A stretch of DNA of 64,000 nt, from positions 1-64,000 of the forward strand of contig JBBTED010000048.1 in NCBI GenBank assembly GCA_038042445.1, written 5' to 3'. The DNA comes from Candidatus Firestoneibacteriota bacterium (GTDB lineage: Bacteria > Oederibacteriota > D2-FULL-39-29 > JBBTED01). Below, piece after piece: positions 39,841-50,673 of this stretch; positions within the stretch are counted from its first letter, which is position 1, and each line of letters starts with the position of its first letter. The notes beneath the pieces were generated by a model. It saw only the letters and a program-made list of their open reading frames with translations. It was not told where the DNA came from and did not search any database. The translations under genes were made by a program, and so were the position numbers.

Positions 39841-41049
39841 CTATTCTTTTTCTTCTCCTGCTATTTCTAAGTTAGCTAAAGATTCTAAATAGTTATATAA
39901 AGTTTTTTCGCGTTCAATCCTTGCAAATTTATACGTTCTGTATATATCAATAAGGTTTAATACATCTATTTGTCCTGTTTGATAATTATTTATCCCTGTT
40001 TTTAATCCATCTTCTACTTCTGGCAAAAGATTTTGTTCAAAATTTTTAACCTGTTCTTCATTTGCTTGAACAGATTCATAGGTGTTTTTTATCGCAGAAA
40101 TTATATTTTTCCTAACAGCCTCTAATTTTATCTGATTAGAATCCAAATTAGCAGATGCTTCTTTTATTTTTCCTGTTTGTTCCATCCAAAAATAAAGTGG
40201 AATACTCATTTTGAATTCTGCTCCCCAACCAGACAGTTCTCCTGCTCTACTTTTATAGACACTAATATTAAAATCAGGCAATAAACTTGACCAACCTAAA
40301 GATTTATTTTTTTCACTTTTTCCCAATGATAACTTTGCAATTTTTAGTGCATAGTTTTTTTTGAGAATTTCATTTTGCACTTGCTCTATATTTTTATTAA
40401 ATGGTTCATAAATCATATTTTGCGTTAGCATAAAAGATTCATTTGATTTTCTACCCAATAATAAATTAAGCTCCTGTTGTTGGATTAAAAATTCTTTTTT
40501 CTCTTCTATTAATTCATTTTTAGATTTTGCTAATTCAACTTTTACTCTAACAACTTCCAGATATGCAACCTTTCCACTTTTATATTTAATATTAGTAATC
40601 TCCAGAAATTGTTTGAGTAAATCAATTGTGCTTTTAATATTCTCAATTATTTTTTTGGAAAGAATAATTTTATAATATGCTTTTTTAACATCAGCAATAA
40701 GCAGATATTTTGCCTTTTCTAATTTTGCTTTTTCTATTTCTATCTCATAATCACCAATGCTATTTTTTAGAAAATACTTTGTGGGAAATTCAAATAATTG
40801 TGATAGCCCTATTTTGGAGTCTTCTCCAACCCATTCTCCTTCTAATTCAGGATTTGGAAGTGCAGTTGTCTGAAGTTTTCTGGCAAAAACAACTTCTAAT
40901 TCTTTTTGGGCAATTAAGATTCCAGGATTATTCTTAATAGCAATTTCTACTGCATTATTTAATGCCATCTGTTCTGCAATATTTGTGTCTTGGGCATATA
41001 CAAAAGATGAAAACATAAAATATAATATAGCACCTATAACAATTGACAT
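39841..41049 (-). CDS. czcC: TolC/CzcC-family outer membrane factor
   Basis: Two OEP repeats (PNP, Y.SG, Y.TG). Start moved to ATG 41049 (SD GGAGGT) because the longer ORF begins inside a REP. Confidence 0.88.
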   Translation of the reverse strand: MSIVIGAILYFMFSSFVYAQDTNIAEQMALNNAVEIAIKNNPGILIAQKELEVVFARKLQTTALPNPELEGEWVGEDSKIGLSQLFEFPTKYFLKNSIGDYEIEIEKAKLEKAKYLLIADVKKAYYKIILSKKIIENIKSTIDLLKQFLEITNIKYKSGKVAYLEVVRVKVELAKSKNELIEEKKEFLIQQQELNLLLGRKSNESFMLTQNMIYEPFNKNIEQVQNEILKKNYALKIAKLSLGKSEKNKSLGWSSLLPDFNISVYKSRAGELSGWGAEFKMSIPLYFWMEQTGKIKEASANLDSNQIKLEAVRKNIISAIKNTYESVQANEEQVKNFEQNLLPEVEDGLKTGINNYQTGQIDVLNLIDIYRTYKFARIEREKTLYNYLESLANLEIAGEEKE

Positions 41050-41081
41050 ATTTTTTACCTCCGATTTGTATATTTTAATAT

Positions 41082-41164
41082 GTAGTTGCTGATTTATCAG
41101 CATTTTTTAGAACAGTGGATTATATTTTGAGAACAAACCACAACGCCGATAAATCGGCAACTAC
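41082..41164. repeat. REPIN
   Basis: GTAGT-TGCTGA-TTTA-TCAGCA, and on the minus strand GTAGT-TGCCGA-TTTA-TCGGCG. Confidence 0.85.
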
Positions 41165-41191
41165 ATAATTTGTATAGAAATTTAATACGAA

Positions 41192-41458
41192 TTAAATCAA
41201 CTGTAAAGGAGGGCGAAAAATAGATTTAATAAGATTTTTTTGATTAATATATTGGTTTTGTGAAGAAACAGAAAATGCGTAGTCAATATATCCTATAGTA
41301 TATTTAGGAATTTCAAAAAACATACTATCCTGACAAGCACATAAACATTCGGTGTCACAGTCTTTAGCATTACAATCATCAATACTACATACAAGAAAAT
41401 TACAAATAAATATTAAACTTATTGTTATTATTGTAAGTTTTATTAATTTATTTATCAT
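41192..41458 (-). CDS. Small Cys-rich exported/leader protein ending in IFRPP (CzcI/DUF2946-like)
   Basis: Hydrophobic N-terminus, CSIDDCNAKDCDTECLCAC and C-terminal SIFRPP; first gene of the efflux operon. Confidence 0.7.
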   Translation of the reverse strand: MINKLIKLTIITISLIFICNFLVCSIDDCNAKDCDTECLCACQDSMFFEIPKYTIGYIDYAFSVSSQNQYINQKNLIKSIFRPPLQLI

Positions 41459-41520
41459 ATATTTTATACTATACTAAATTAAATACTATAAATCAACATT
41501 TTTCACAATACTTTTAGTGT

Positions 41521-42345
41521 TTATTTTGTTAGTTCTTTGGCTCGATTTTTAGCAGAACTTATTGCATATTTAATTATTTCTTTAAATCTTTTGTTTTCAA
41601 ACACTTTAATTGCAGCCATTGTTGTTCCACCAGGTGAGGTCACCTGCTGACGTAAAGTTATAGGGTCATCTTTAAGAGAAACAACCATTTTACTTGCACC
41701 ATAAATTGTCTGTTTTACAAGAATATCTGCTATATCTTTTGACAAACCTGCTTTATATGCGCCTTCTCGTAATGCTTCAATAAAATAGAATAGATATGCA
41801 GGACCACTTCCACTTACAGCAGTAACTGCATTCATCAATTTTTCTTTTATATATACAACTTTACCAACAGAGCTAAAAATTTTATTTGCAAGATTTAAAT
41901 CATTTGAACTTGTCCATCTGCCAGAAGATATTGCAATCATTCCTTCACCTATAAGAGCAGGTGTATTTGGCATTACTCTTATAATTGAAATATTTTTATT
42001 TTCCATTTTTTTCTCAATATAATTAGTAGTTATACCTGCAACTATGGAAATGACAATTTTTTTATGCGTATTTTGTTTGAAATCATTAAGCACTATATCT
42101 ATTGTCTGTGGTTTTACAGCAATTATAATAATTCCACAGGATTTTATAAGTTTTTCGTTAGAATCTGTAATATTAATATCTGTTTCTTTTTTTATTTTTT
42201 TTAGCTTGAGAATATCTAAATCTGCAGCAAATATATTCTTTTTACTTATGAGTTTTGCTTTTAGCATTCCTTTAATAAGTGCAGAACCCATATTACCTGA
42301 ACCAATTATACCAATATTTACTTCCAGTATCCCCTTTGGTCTCAT
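41521..42345 (-). CDS. proC: Pyrroline-5-carboxylate reductase
   Basis: IGSGNMG, AVKPQ, RVMPNTP, SGSGPAY and VTSPGGTT motifs. Confidence 0.97.
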   Translation of the reverse strand: MRPKGILEVNIGIIGSGNMGSALIKGMLKAKLISKKNIFAADLDILKLKKIKKETDINITDSNEKLIKSCGIIIIAVKPQTIDIVLNDFKQNTHKKIVISIVAGITTNYIEKKMENKNISIIRVMPNTPALIGEGMIAISSGRWTSSNDLNLANKIFSSVGKVVYIKEKLMNAVTAVSGSGPAYLFYFIEALREGAYKAGLSKDIADILVKQTIYGASKMVVSLKDDPITLRQQVTSPGGTTMAAIKVFENKRFKEIIKYAISSAKNRAKELTK

Positions 42346-42365
42346 ATTTTTTAGTAGTAGTTAGT

Positions 42366-42446
42366 GGTAGTCGCAAGCTTTAGCTTGCGAAGAAAAACCG
42401 CAGGCTAAAGCCTGCGACTACCTTTATTACTAAATCCTGCGACTAC
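42366..42446. repeat. REPIN plus a third partial REP overlapping the yggS stop
   Basis: Inverted pair at 42366-42422; minus-strand GTAGTCGCAGGATTTAG ends at 42446. Confidence 0.85.
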
Positions 42447-43132
42447 AATCGTTCCCCAAAAATCGCGGTTCCTATTCTTAATATATTTGCGCCTTCTTCT
42501 ATTGCAATTTCAAAATCATTGCTCATCCCCATAGACAAATATTTCATATTAATATTATTTAACATATCCTGCTCTATATCTTCTGCTAATCGCCTTAATA
42601 TATAAAAACATTTTCTTATTTTTTTAGTATCTTCGCCATAAGGTGCAATTGTCATAAGACCTTCTACATTTATATGTGTCATATTTGCAACTGCCTGCAA
42701 AAGCCCCCATATATCTTTTATTAGAATTCCGTGTTTTGCAGGATCTTCTGTTATATTAACTTCTATTAATGTTTTAATCACTTTATCTGCTTTTTTACCC
42801 TCTTTATCAATCTCCTGGGCTAAATTTATTCTATCCAGAGAATGAATCATATCAAAAATTCTAACAGCATCTTTTACTTTATTTGTTTGAAGTGCCCCAA
42901 TCATATGCCATTCTATGGTATTTCCAATTGCAATAAATTTATCTTTTGCATCCTGAACCTTGTTTTCTCCAATTGCTATAATTCCAGAACTTATTGCTTC
43001 TTTTATTATGTCAGCATCTATTGTTTTAGTAACTGCAATTAATTTTATCTGTTTTGGATCACGACCTAATTTTAAAGCACTTGTATTTATTCTATCCTGA
43101 ACCTTTTTAAAATTCTCTGTAATATTTACCAT
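42443..43132 (-). CDS. yggS: PLP homeostasis protein YggS/PLPBP
   Basis: LIAVTK, GENKVQ, WHMIG.LQTNK, LSMGMSND and RIGTAIFG motifs. Confidence 0.96.
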   Translation of the reverse strand: MVNITENFKKVQDRINTSALKLGRDPKQIKLIAVTKTIDADIIKEAISSGIIAIGENKVQDAKDKFIAIGNTIEWHMIGALQTNKVKDAVRIFDMIHSLDRINLAQEIDKEGKKADKVIKTLIEVNITEDPAKHGILIKDIWGLLQAVANMTHINVEGLMTIAPYGEDTKKIRKCFYILRRLAEDIEQDMLNNINMKYLSMGMSNDFEIAIEEGANILRIGTAIFGERL

Positions 43133-43974
43133 TTCCTTAAAAACTGCACTGCTTTTTTTATGTCTTCCTGAGGATTATCGCCAACTTCACGTTCAATTGT
43201 AAAATATCCTTTATATCCAATTTTATTCAATGCTTCTATATATTTATCAAAATTCACATTTCCTTCTCCTAATGGTTTTTCCAAAAAATAATCGCTTATT
43301 CTTAAATCTTCTATGCCTCCCTGGGCAAAATAGTCATAAATTCTTTTTGGATCAGTTTTTTTAAACATAACCCCATCTTTAGCATGGGTATGAACAATAT
43401 ATTTTGACAAATTAAATACACCTTGCACAATATCTTCACCAATTACCATTACAAGATTTGCAGGATCATAATTCACCCCAATTCCAGGGGTATTTATTTT
43501 ATCTAAAAATCTCTTTAATACTTCTGTTTTTTCAGGACCTGTTTCTATTGCAAAAACTACACCTTTTTTTGATGCATAATCACCTAATTCTCTTGCAGCA
43601 TCAAACATAATCTGCCAGCGTTCTTCTTTCTCGTTCTCTGGTATAACTCCTATATGTGTTGTAACAACTTTAGTATTAAAATCAACAGCTAAATCAACTA
43701 TTTCTTTTGATCTTTTTATCTTCCATATATTGTCTTCTTTTTTTGCAAAACCATGCCCACCCAAATCACCACATAATGCACTTATTTCAAGTTTTTTTTC
43801 AGTTATATAATCAAATATTTCTTTTCGTTTAATTTGCGACAAATCCGGATTAAATTCATCTTTGACAGCAAATATCTGAATTCCATCAGCTCCCAATTCA
43901 GAAGCTTTGTCAATACCATCTTTTAAACCTAAACGAAATGATTCCACCATCACTCCAATTTTTAATTCTGCCAT
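43126..43974 (-). CDS. Sugar phosphate isomerase/epimerase (xylose isomerase-like TIM barrel)
   Basis: AIETGPE, NYDPAN, HTHAKD and IERE motifs. Confidence 0.88.
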   Translation of the reverse strand: MAELKIGVMVESFRLGLKDGIDKASELGADGIQIFAVKDEFNPDLSQIKRKEIFDYITEKKLEISALCGDLGGHGFAKKEDNIWKIKRSKEIVDLAVDFNTKVVTTHIGVIPENEKEERWQIMFDAARELGDYASKKGVVFAIETGPEKTEVLKRFLDKINTPGIGVNYDPANLVMVIGEDIVQGVFNLSKYIVHTHAKDGVMFKKTDPKRIYDYFAQGGIEDLRISDYFLEKPLGEGNVNFDKYIEALNKIGYKGYFTIEREVGDNPQEDIKKAVQFLRKW

Positions 43975-44078
43975 TTTTTTCCTCCATTTCTATTTTACAT
44001 CATTTTTTAATTATATTACACTCTATTTTGAATATTTATGTAATGGGTCAGTGAAATAAAACCATTGTTTTTAAAAAC

Positions 44079-44098
44079 GCTGATAAATCAGCAACTAC
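44079..44098 (-). repeat. GTAG REP singlet
   Basis: Minus strand GTAGTT-GCTGA-TTTA-TCAGC, directly after the sulfatase stop. Confidence 0.8.
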
Positions 44099-44106
44099 AA
44101 CTAATT

Positions 44107-45645
44107 TTATGCACCAGCAATTCTTGGCATCCACATAGGCTCTTTTCCTATTTCAGCAAATAATAATTTCGTGATTAAATCAGCTTTTAATTCAGCAAAT
44201 TCTTTTTTATTCCATAAATTGTTTATTTCCTGTGGGTCTTTCTTTAAATCAAATATTTCTCCATAATTCTGGTTGTAATAAACTGTAATTTTGTATCTGT
44301 CATTTACATAAGTTTTAAGATGTATGGATGTTGGCTCATGATGATTTTCTACTATGATATGGTCCCTGATTTTATCTCTTTTCCCAAACCATACGTCTTT
44401 CTGGTTTATACCTGTCATACTTCCAGGAATATCGATTTTGCATATACTTAAAAATGTTGGAGCAAGATCTACTAAAGACTGTAATGCCAAAGATTCTTTT
44501 TTGGCAGAAACTTTTTCAGGATACCTGACTATAAACGGAATTTTTATCATATCTTCATAATGAAAAGGACCTTTGTGAATAAACCCATGTTGTCCAAAAA
44601 AATGACCATGATCTGTTGTAAAAACAACTACAGTATTTTCTGCTAACCCCAATTTATCTAATTTATTTAAAATCCTGCCTATATATTTATCCATAAGACT
44701 AATCATTGCATAATAAACAGATATATCTTTAGCAAGTTCTTTTTCACTGTGCAAGTGTGGATAAAATCCATGTATACTATATCCACTTTCTTTCCACTGG
44801 GAAAAGTTTGGATTATCTACATCAAAAGTTCCTTCAGGATTTTTTTTCTGGGTTAATTTAAAATGTGGAGGGTTATTCTTATGTTCTCCTGGTGTAATAT
44901 GTGGCACTGTTATTTTTTCCGGAGAATACATCGTATCCCATGGCTCAGGCACTAAATATTTAGGATGTGGGTCAAAAAAACTTGCCCATAAAAAGAAGTT
45001 TTCATTATTTTTATGATATTTTTCTAATAATGTATTTGTCCTTTCTGCAATCCATGTATTATAATGATATTTCTCTGGAATAAGCCATTTGTGTTTCTGT
45101 TTATCATTATTCCCTGTAGGAGTCTGAAAATAATCTTTCCAGTTTTTACAGCCTTTTTCTTCCATCCATATAGCATAATGTTGTCCAACAAGTGCTTCAT
45201 CTGTATGATTACGAGCAAGTTCTACATTTTCAAACCCATAAAATGGGCCATTAAATTTTTTCCAGAATTTAAGATTCTGTAGAATTGGATATGATTCTAA
45301 TGATGTAAATTCTTTTGTACTCGCAGCAGGTTGAAAATGTGCTTTTCCAATTAAAGCAGTTCTGTAACCTGCTTTAGAAAAATCTTCACCAACAGTATGT
45401 TCTGTTTCAGGAAGTTTAGTACCTAATGTCCACGCCCCATGCTGGCTTGGATATTTACCTGTAATAATAGAAGCTCTTGCTGGTGTGCAAGTTGGATTCG
45501 GACAATAAGCACGTGTAAATATTGTTCCTTGTTTTGCTAAATTGTCTAAATTAGGAGTTTTAATCTGTTTGTTAAAATACCCTAATGTATTCCAGTGTTG
45601 CTGGTCACTGGTTATAAGTAAAATATTAGGCCTTTTTTTTTTCAT
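44107..45645 (-). CDS. Cys-type sulfatase (cytoplasmic)
   Basis: PNILLITSDQ, CTPARASIITG, GKAH and TTDHG; no signal peptide. Confidence 0.93.
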   Translation of the reverse strand: MKKKRPNILLITSDQQHWNTLGYFNKQIKTPNLDNLAKQGTIFTRAYCPNPTCTPARASIITGKYPSQHGAWTLGTKLPETEHTVGEDFSKAGYRTALIGKAHFQPAASTKEFTSLESYPILQNLKFWKKFNGPFYGFENVELARNHTDEALVGQHYAIWMEEKGCKNWKDYFQTPTGNNDKQKHKWLIPEKYHYNTWIAERTNTLLEKYHKNNENFFLWASFFDPHPKYLVPEPWDTMYSPEKITVPHITPGEHKNNPPHFKLTQKKNPEGTFDVDNPNFSQWKESGYSIHGFYPHLHSEKELAKDISVYYAMISLMDKYIGRILNKLDKLGLAENTVVVFTTDHGHFFGQHGFIHKGPFHYEDMIKIPFIVRYPEKVSAKKESLALQSLVDLAPTFLSICKIDIPGSMTGINQKDVWFGKRDKIRDHIIVENHHEPTSIHLKTYVNDRYKITVYYNQNYGEIFDLKKDPQEINNLWNKKEFAELKADLITKLLFAEIGKEPMWMPRIAGA

Positions 45646-45652
45646 CTTATTT

Positions 45653-47269
45653 TTACAATTTTTCTTTTGTTATTTTGTTAATAATTTCATCTACATTGTG
45701 CAAACCATTTTTTTTGCAGTTTTTTCTCCATGCTTCAAGATCTAATTGGTGTAATTTTACAATTTTTTCTTTTTTTACTGCCTTAAATACTTCATCAAAA
45801 AAATTGTTCATTCTATTTTTTTCATTTTCATCAGTAATTTTAAACTGGAAAATCGGAAATTGTGCATTTCTCTGTTTTGTAATATTTAAAGTTTTTAATT
45901 TCAGAAATTTATTATTATAAACATAATTTTCAAGTCCGTATTTCTTTTCATATTCCATTAGTTTGCTTTTTAACTTATTTTTTATCCCAATAATTCCATT
46001 TGTATTTCCGGTGAGTAACAAATTTATAGTTTCATGAGGGTCTTTTTCCATATCAAATAATTCCTCGTAACCGCCACCATAATAGTAATTATATTTATAT
46101 CTATTATCTCTTAAGCTAATCCATCTGTTACTTTTATTTCCATTTTCAATATATTGATAATTCCTATTTTTTATACCTTTTTCTTTTAATATAGATTCAC
46201 CTGGGAGTTTATTTTCTCCAGGATATTTTATATCTGTTATATCAAGAATTGTTGGAAGTATATCAGTTAAATCAATAAAATCATTCCTTGTAGTATTTGG
46301 TTTAAATTTTTTTGGGTAACGGATAATAAATGGTATTTTTGTACAACCATCATACGGAAGCATTTTTTGGGACAAACCATAATCACCTAATAATTCTCCA
46401 TGGTCACTTGTAAAAATTATGAGTGTGTTATCAAGCTCACCTATTTCTTCAAGTGTGCCAAGTATTTTCCCTATATTCTTATCAACCAAACTAATCGCAC
46501 TATAATAAACTTGTCTCATTCTTTTAAGATATTTTTCATCTGGCAAATCTGCATAAAATTTGTTGCGATGTGCTAATGGTGATACTGGTGTTTTTGATAT
46601 ATATGGTTTAGGAATATCAACACAGTTATATAAATCTGCAAAAGTATCAGGCACATCAAATGGCGGATGTGGAGCAAGCCAGCCAGCCCATAAAAAAAAT
46701 GGATGTCTCCCTTTATTAGTTTTAATGAAATCAACTGTTCTATCTCCTACCCAGGTAGAACCATGATGTTTCTCAGGAATAAGTGACCTTTGAGGCAATA
46801 AACAAAGAAGATTTCTTACACCATGTATATTTTGAATATTACCTAATCCTACATTCTTTAAATACATTGCATATTCATCTCTTTCCCTGTAAGAAACTAT
46901 TTCTTCCATCAGCTCCATTTTATCAAATCCATTGTGCCTGCGTGGTGGACGAAAATGCATTTTACCGATTGCTCTTGTCTCGTACCAATTATCAGATAAA
47001 ATACGCGGTATTGTAGGCAAAAGGTGTGTAAATGGCATATTGGAATTATCAGCATAACCGTGTTGTCTTGCATAAAAACCAGTTAAAACATTATGTCTCG
47101 CAGGAATACACACAGGATTTGATGTATATGCATTTGTAAATACTACTCCTTCTTTTACTAACCTATCTAAATTTGGTGTTTTCACATATGAAAACCCACA
47201 GGCATTTATAGTATCAAATCTCTGTTGGTCAGTAAATAATAACAATATATTCGGTTTCTTTTTATTCAT
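45653..47269 (-). CDS. Cys-type sulfatase (cytoplasmic)
   Basis: PNILLLFTDQ, CIPAR, GKMH, PHPPF and TSDHG motifs. Confidence 0.93.
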   Translation of the reverse strand: MNKKKPNILLLFTDQQRFDTINACGFSYVKTPNLDRLVKEGVVFTNAYTSNPVCIPARHNVLTGFYARQHGYADNSNMPFTHLLPTIPRILSDNWYETRAIGKMHFRPPRRHNGFDKMELMEEIVSYRERDEYAMYLKNVGLGNIQNIHGVRNLLCLLPQRSLIPEKHHGSTWVGDRTVDFIKTNKGRHPFFLWAGWLAPHPPFDVPDTFADLYNCVDIPKPYISKTPVSPLAHRNKFYADLPDEKYLKRMRQVYYSAISLVDKNIGKILGTLEEIGELDNTLIIFTSDHGELLGDYGLSQKMLPYDGCTKIPFIIRYPKKFKPNTTRNDFIDLTDILPTILDITDIKYPGENKLPGESILKEKGIKNRNYQYIENGNKSNRWISLRDNRYKYNYYYGGGYEELFDMEKDPHETINLLLTGNTNGIIGIKNKLKSKLMEYEKKYGLENYVYNNKFLKLKTLNITKQRNAQFPIFQFKITDENEKNRMNNFFDEVFKAVKKEKIVKLHQLDLEAWRKNCKKNGLHNVDEIINKITKEKL

Positions 47270-47281
47270 TTTAATTTTTAC

Positions 47282-50200
47282 TTATTTTATATATTCTATT
47301 GCACCTATGTCACGGGATTTACCTTCCATTTTCTGACCATAAAAATCTTTCAGAAATGGTCCATTAAATTCCCAATCATATAACTCTTCTATATTTGTTT
47401 CTGCTTCTTTTAATGTCCCTCGTGATACTCTCAAGAAATCCATACTGCCTTTAAAATACCCTATTTCTTCATTCCCTTTTCCTACCGTAAATTCTCCTGT
47501 ATTACTTATATCATCTTTTATCATTTCTCCTGCAAAACTACCATTGCTAAGTTTACCATCTATATATATATTTATCCCGTCTTTTTTATTCCTGTCTACT
47601 TCTGAAATAATATGGTGCCATTTATTATCACTAATGACTTTTTCACTAATTCTAAAACAATTATTTGTCCCAGATTTAATCACCATTTTTATCCTGCCTT
47701 CATCTAATACCATATCATAACCTTTATCATTGTCTATTTTATTTACTATTTCACATTTTGTTGTTTTATTTTCAATTCTCAAAACAATCTCTATCAGAAA
47801 ATTATTTATATCCATATCAAGTCCTTTACATTTATCTGCATCTATTTTCCAATATTTCTCTTTACCGTCAAATCTAAAGCTTCCATTTACCCAATTTTCT
47901 AATACTCCTTCTTCAAAATCTTCTTCTTTAATATCATCCCCCTGTAGATTATAACGAGGAGCACATCCTTCACGTACTTTTTCTATGTTTATCCACTCTT
48001 TATTCCAGTTAATATGTTCATCTAAATTTGTATTTATATCTGCTGGATATTTGTAAAATCCCCATTCTCCTACTACTTTATACAATCCCCATGGAACAAA
48101 TACTTTCTTGGCTTTATCTATACATATAGATTTCTCTCTTAATCTAAAATCATGATTCTTTGCATCTTTTACTTGTTCCAGCTCTACTTCTTCTCCTACT
48201 TCACTTGCTATGACTTTTTGCTTTTCAAGAAATTTTTTGAACTCATCTAATGTTTTATAATCACTACCAGCAGGTAACTGCGAAAACATATTCTTATTTG
48301 TGTGCTTATTAAATACATTTCCAGCATATCCAAGTGATGTCATTTCTACATTTTCATATGGTTCCTGTGATATATATCGTTCACCTATGTCTATAAATAA
48401 ATTATTTAAATAATAACATCTGTTGTGCATCTGCATACCCTTATGTATCCCTACTGCACAATTATACATTGTATTGTTAAAAATAATGTTCATAAATCCT
48501 TCTGCTTCATTAAATGCTGCTGCATTATACACAAAATCATTTTCATTATTATTGTTACCCCACAGAATGTTATTGAATACATATTGTTTAAATCCATTAT
48601 CAAGATACATTGCAGGTCCCCAACAACCTGTTCTATACCAGTCTTTCTTATTTGCAAATTGCTTTTTATCTGCATATTTCATACCAATTGCATTTCCTGA
48701 TATATTATTATAAACATAAGCAGGGCCACCTAACCATGATGCTATACCACCATAATCCTCACTTGCCAACATACTATTTGTGACTATATTGTTAAATATA
48801 AATGTCCGCATTAATGAGTAATCATTGCCATAGAAAAGGTGCCCGTTACCTTCCCAATAAAAACCTGGCGTAACTATAATACCCTGACCATATACATAAT
48901 TTACTATATTGTGAGATACTTCTACCATCTCTGCATCTCTTATTCCTATTGCTCCATTAGGATTCCAATCTAAATTTCTTGAAGCACAATTATTAATTTT
49001 ATTATTGCTAACCTGGATATGTTTTATACGGGAGTGTCCTGGAAAACATTTAACTATTTTTAATCTTCTTAAATCCCACATCCCTTCTGTTAAGTTGCAA
49101 TTTATAGCATTATCTTCCATATTGCTTATTTTGTTGTGATTGATTTTGAAATTATCAAGTAATTGTACTTCTTCAACATTTGGATCAGGATAAAATGAAA
49201 CACCTTGTCCTGAATACTCAATATTACATTCCAAAATTGATATGTTTGATGAATTACCTGTAATCCGAAATACTGAATTGTAATGCATTGGATTTCGTGC
49301 TTTAAATTTATCCCGGATATTCATACGATTGAAAAATTTTAAATTCAATCCCTGAACTGTTATATTACTCTTATTTTTAACATCTAAAAAACTGTAATAC
49401 TTCGCTAATTCAATAATAGAATCATTGGGATCGCGTTCTCCTTTTAATCTGATATATATTCTACCTTTATGTTCACCCTCATTAACATAACACCATTCAT
49501 TTTCAGTATCTAATAATTGGGGTAATCCTTCTATAAAATAACGACAATATTGCCTATCTACCATTTGCAGCAACCGTAGTGAAGCAATACAACTTATTTC
49601 ATTTCTTTGTGAAGTATAGTTTTCAATAACGTCTGCTTGTAGCAGAATTGAACTTGGAATTGGTTCAGACCACATAACTCCATTTTTCCAATAATTAGAA
49701 CCAGGTTGAGTTAAATGCATTTTATCTTGTAATTTTATCGTCTCATTTGGAATAACATCTAAAACACTATGTGTCTGTTTACCATTGGTTATTTTAGTAT
49801 TTTTTTCAAATTCACCTTTTTTGGGTTTGCTAATATTAATTACAATAAAGTTTGTGCCTTTATCTATTATTGTATTTATTCCTTCTGTTATATTTAGTTT
49901 ATCTTCTTCTTTATCTATCCACTTCCCTTTTCCCTGAACAAGTTCACCTATTTCAAAATCATCAACACTATCTAATATTAATTTTACTTCATACACCTGT
50001 CCTGTCCATTCCCACCAATGCTCTCTTGGATTATCTGCATTAGTTATTTCCCAATTAGGTGACCTCGCTATATTAAGTTTGATTGTCTCGTCTTTTTGCA
50101 ATTCATACAACATCATAGGAACATAGCTAATATTAAAATCCTGATACCATGTCTTATCTACCACCTCTTTTGCAATTTCAGGGCACTCTGTCCCACTGCA

Positions 50201-50602
50201 TTTTTTCCAACCTCCAATTATTCTTTCTGAACCAAATATATAAGCTTCTCCCTTTCCCCAATTTGGATCTATACTTAAAGTTATAGGTTTATTTGTTTCA
50301 CCTGAATCCTTTGCTATTAAAGTTCCACGATATGTAATTCCTTTTTTGAAATAATACGTGTGCGATCCACTTGTTGTTTTTGCATTATCAGTAACATCAA
50401 TATCCCACGGATGATGTTTAAAAGGCGCATCTTTTGTTCCTGAATTTGCATCATTACCACTTTCAAAATCAATATAATACACTTCACTATTTGCAATAAA
50501 AGGTAATAAAACAACAAAAAATAATTGAATAATTATTACTATACAAAACACGATCCAAACTTTGTTTGGGTACCCCGGTTTATTTTCAATGCTTTTACCC
50601 AT
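47282..50602 (-). CDS. Large exported right-handed beta-helix protein with a C-terminal LamG-like domain (putative glycan-active enzyme)
   Basis: TM/signal; YYID...GND.NSGT...PF; Asn-ladder repeats; DNKWHHI...IYIDG; DIGAIEY C-terminus. Confidence 0.75.
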   Translation of the reverse strand: MGKSIENKPGYPNKVWIVFCIVIIIQLFFVVLLPFIANSEVYYIDFESGNDANSGTKDAPFKHHPWDIDVTDNAKTTSGSHTYYFKKGITYRGTLIAKDSGETNKPITLSIDPNWGKGEAYIFGSERIIGGWKKCSGTECPEIAKEVVDKTWYQDFNISYVPMMLYELQKDETIKLNIARSPNWEITNADNPREHWWEWTGQVYEVKLILDSVDDFEIGELVQGKGKWIDKEEDKLNITEGINTIIDKGTNFIVINISKPKKGEFEKNTKITNGKQTHSVLDVIPNETIKLQDKMHLTQPGSNYWKNGVMWSEPIPSSILLQADVIENYTSQRNEISCIASLRLLQMVDRQYCRYFIEGLPQLLDTENEWCYVNEGEHKGRIYIRLKGERDPNDSIIELAKYYSFLDVKNKSNITVQGLNLKFFNRMNIRDKFKARNPMHYNSVFRITGNSSNISILECNIEYSGQGVSFYPDPNVEEVQLLDNFKINHNKISNMEDNAINCNLTEGMWDLRRLKIVKCFPGHSRIKHIQVSNNKINNCASRNLDWNPNGAIGIRDAEMVEVSHNIVNYVYGQGIIVTPGFYWEGNGHLFYGNDYSLMRTFIFNNIVTNSMLASEDYGGIASWLGGPAYVYNNISGNAIGMKYADKKQFANKKDWYRTGCWGPAMYLDNGFKQYVFNNILWGNNNNENDFVYNAAAFNEAEGFMNIIFNNTMYNCAVGIHKGMQMHNRCYYLNNLFIDIGERYISQEPYENVEMTSLGYAGNVFNKHTNKNMFSQLPAGSDYKTLDEFKKFLEKQKVIASEVGEEVELEQVKDAKNHDFRLREKSICIDKAKKVFVPWGLYKVVGEWGFYKYPADINTNLDEHINWNKEWINIEKVREGCAPRYNLQGDDIKEEDFEEGVLENWVNGSFRFDGKEKYWKIDADKCKGLDMDINNFLIEIVLRIENKTTKCEIVNKIDNDKGYDMVLDEGRIKMVIKSGTNNCFRISEKVISDNKWHHIISEVDRNKKDGINIYIDGKLSNGSFAGEMIKDDISNTGEFTVGKGNEEIGYFKGSMDFLRVSRGTLKEAETNIEELYDWEFNGPFLKDFYGQKMEGKSRDIGAIEYIK

Positions 50603-50646
50603 AAAAACCCTCCTTACTTATTCACAGTAAAAACTTACTGAACACC

Positions 50647-50673
50647 GTCATTGCGAACGAAGTGAAGCAATCT
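50647..50673 (+). repeat. GTCAT-type palindromic element (RPE-like)
   Basis: GTCATTGCGAACGAAGTGAAGCAATCT; related copies at 62114-62139 and 56831-56910. Confidence 0.75.
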
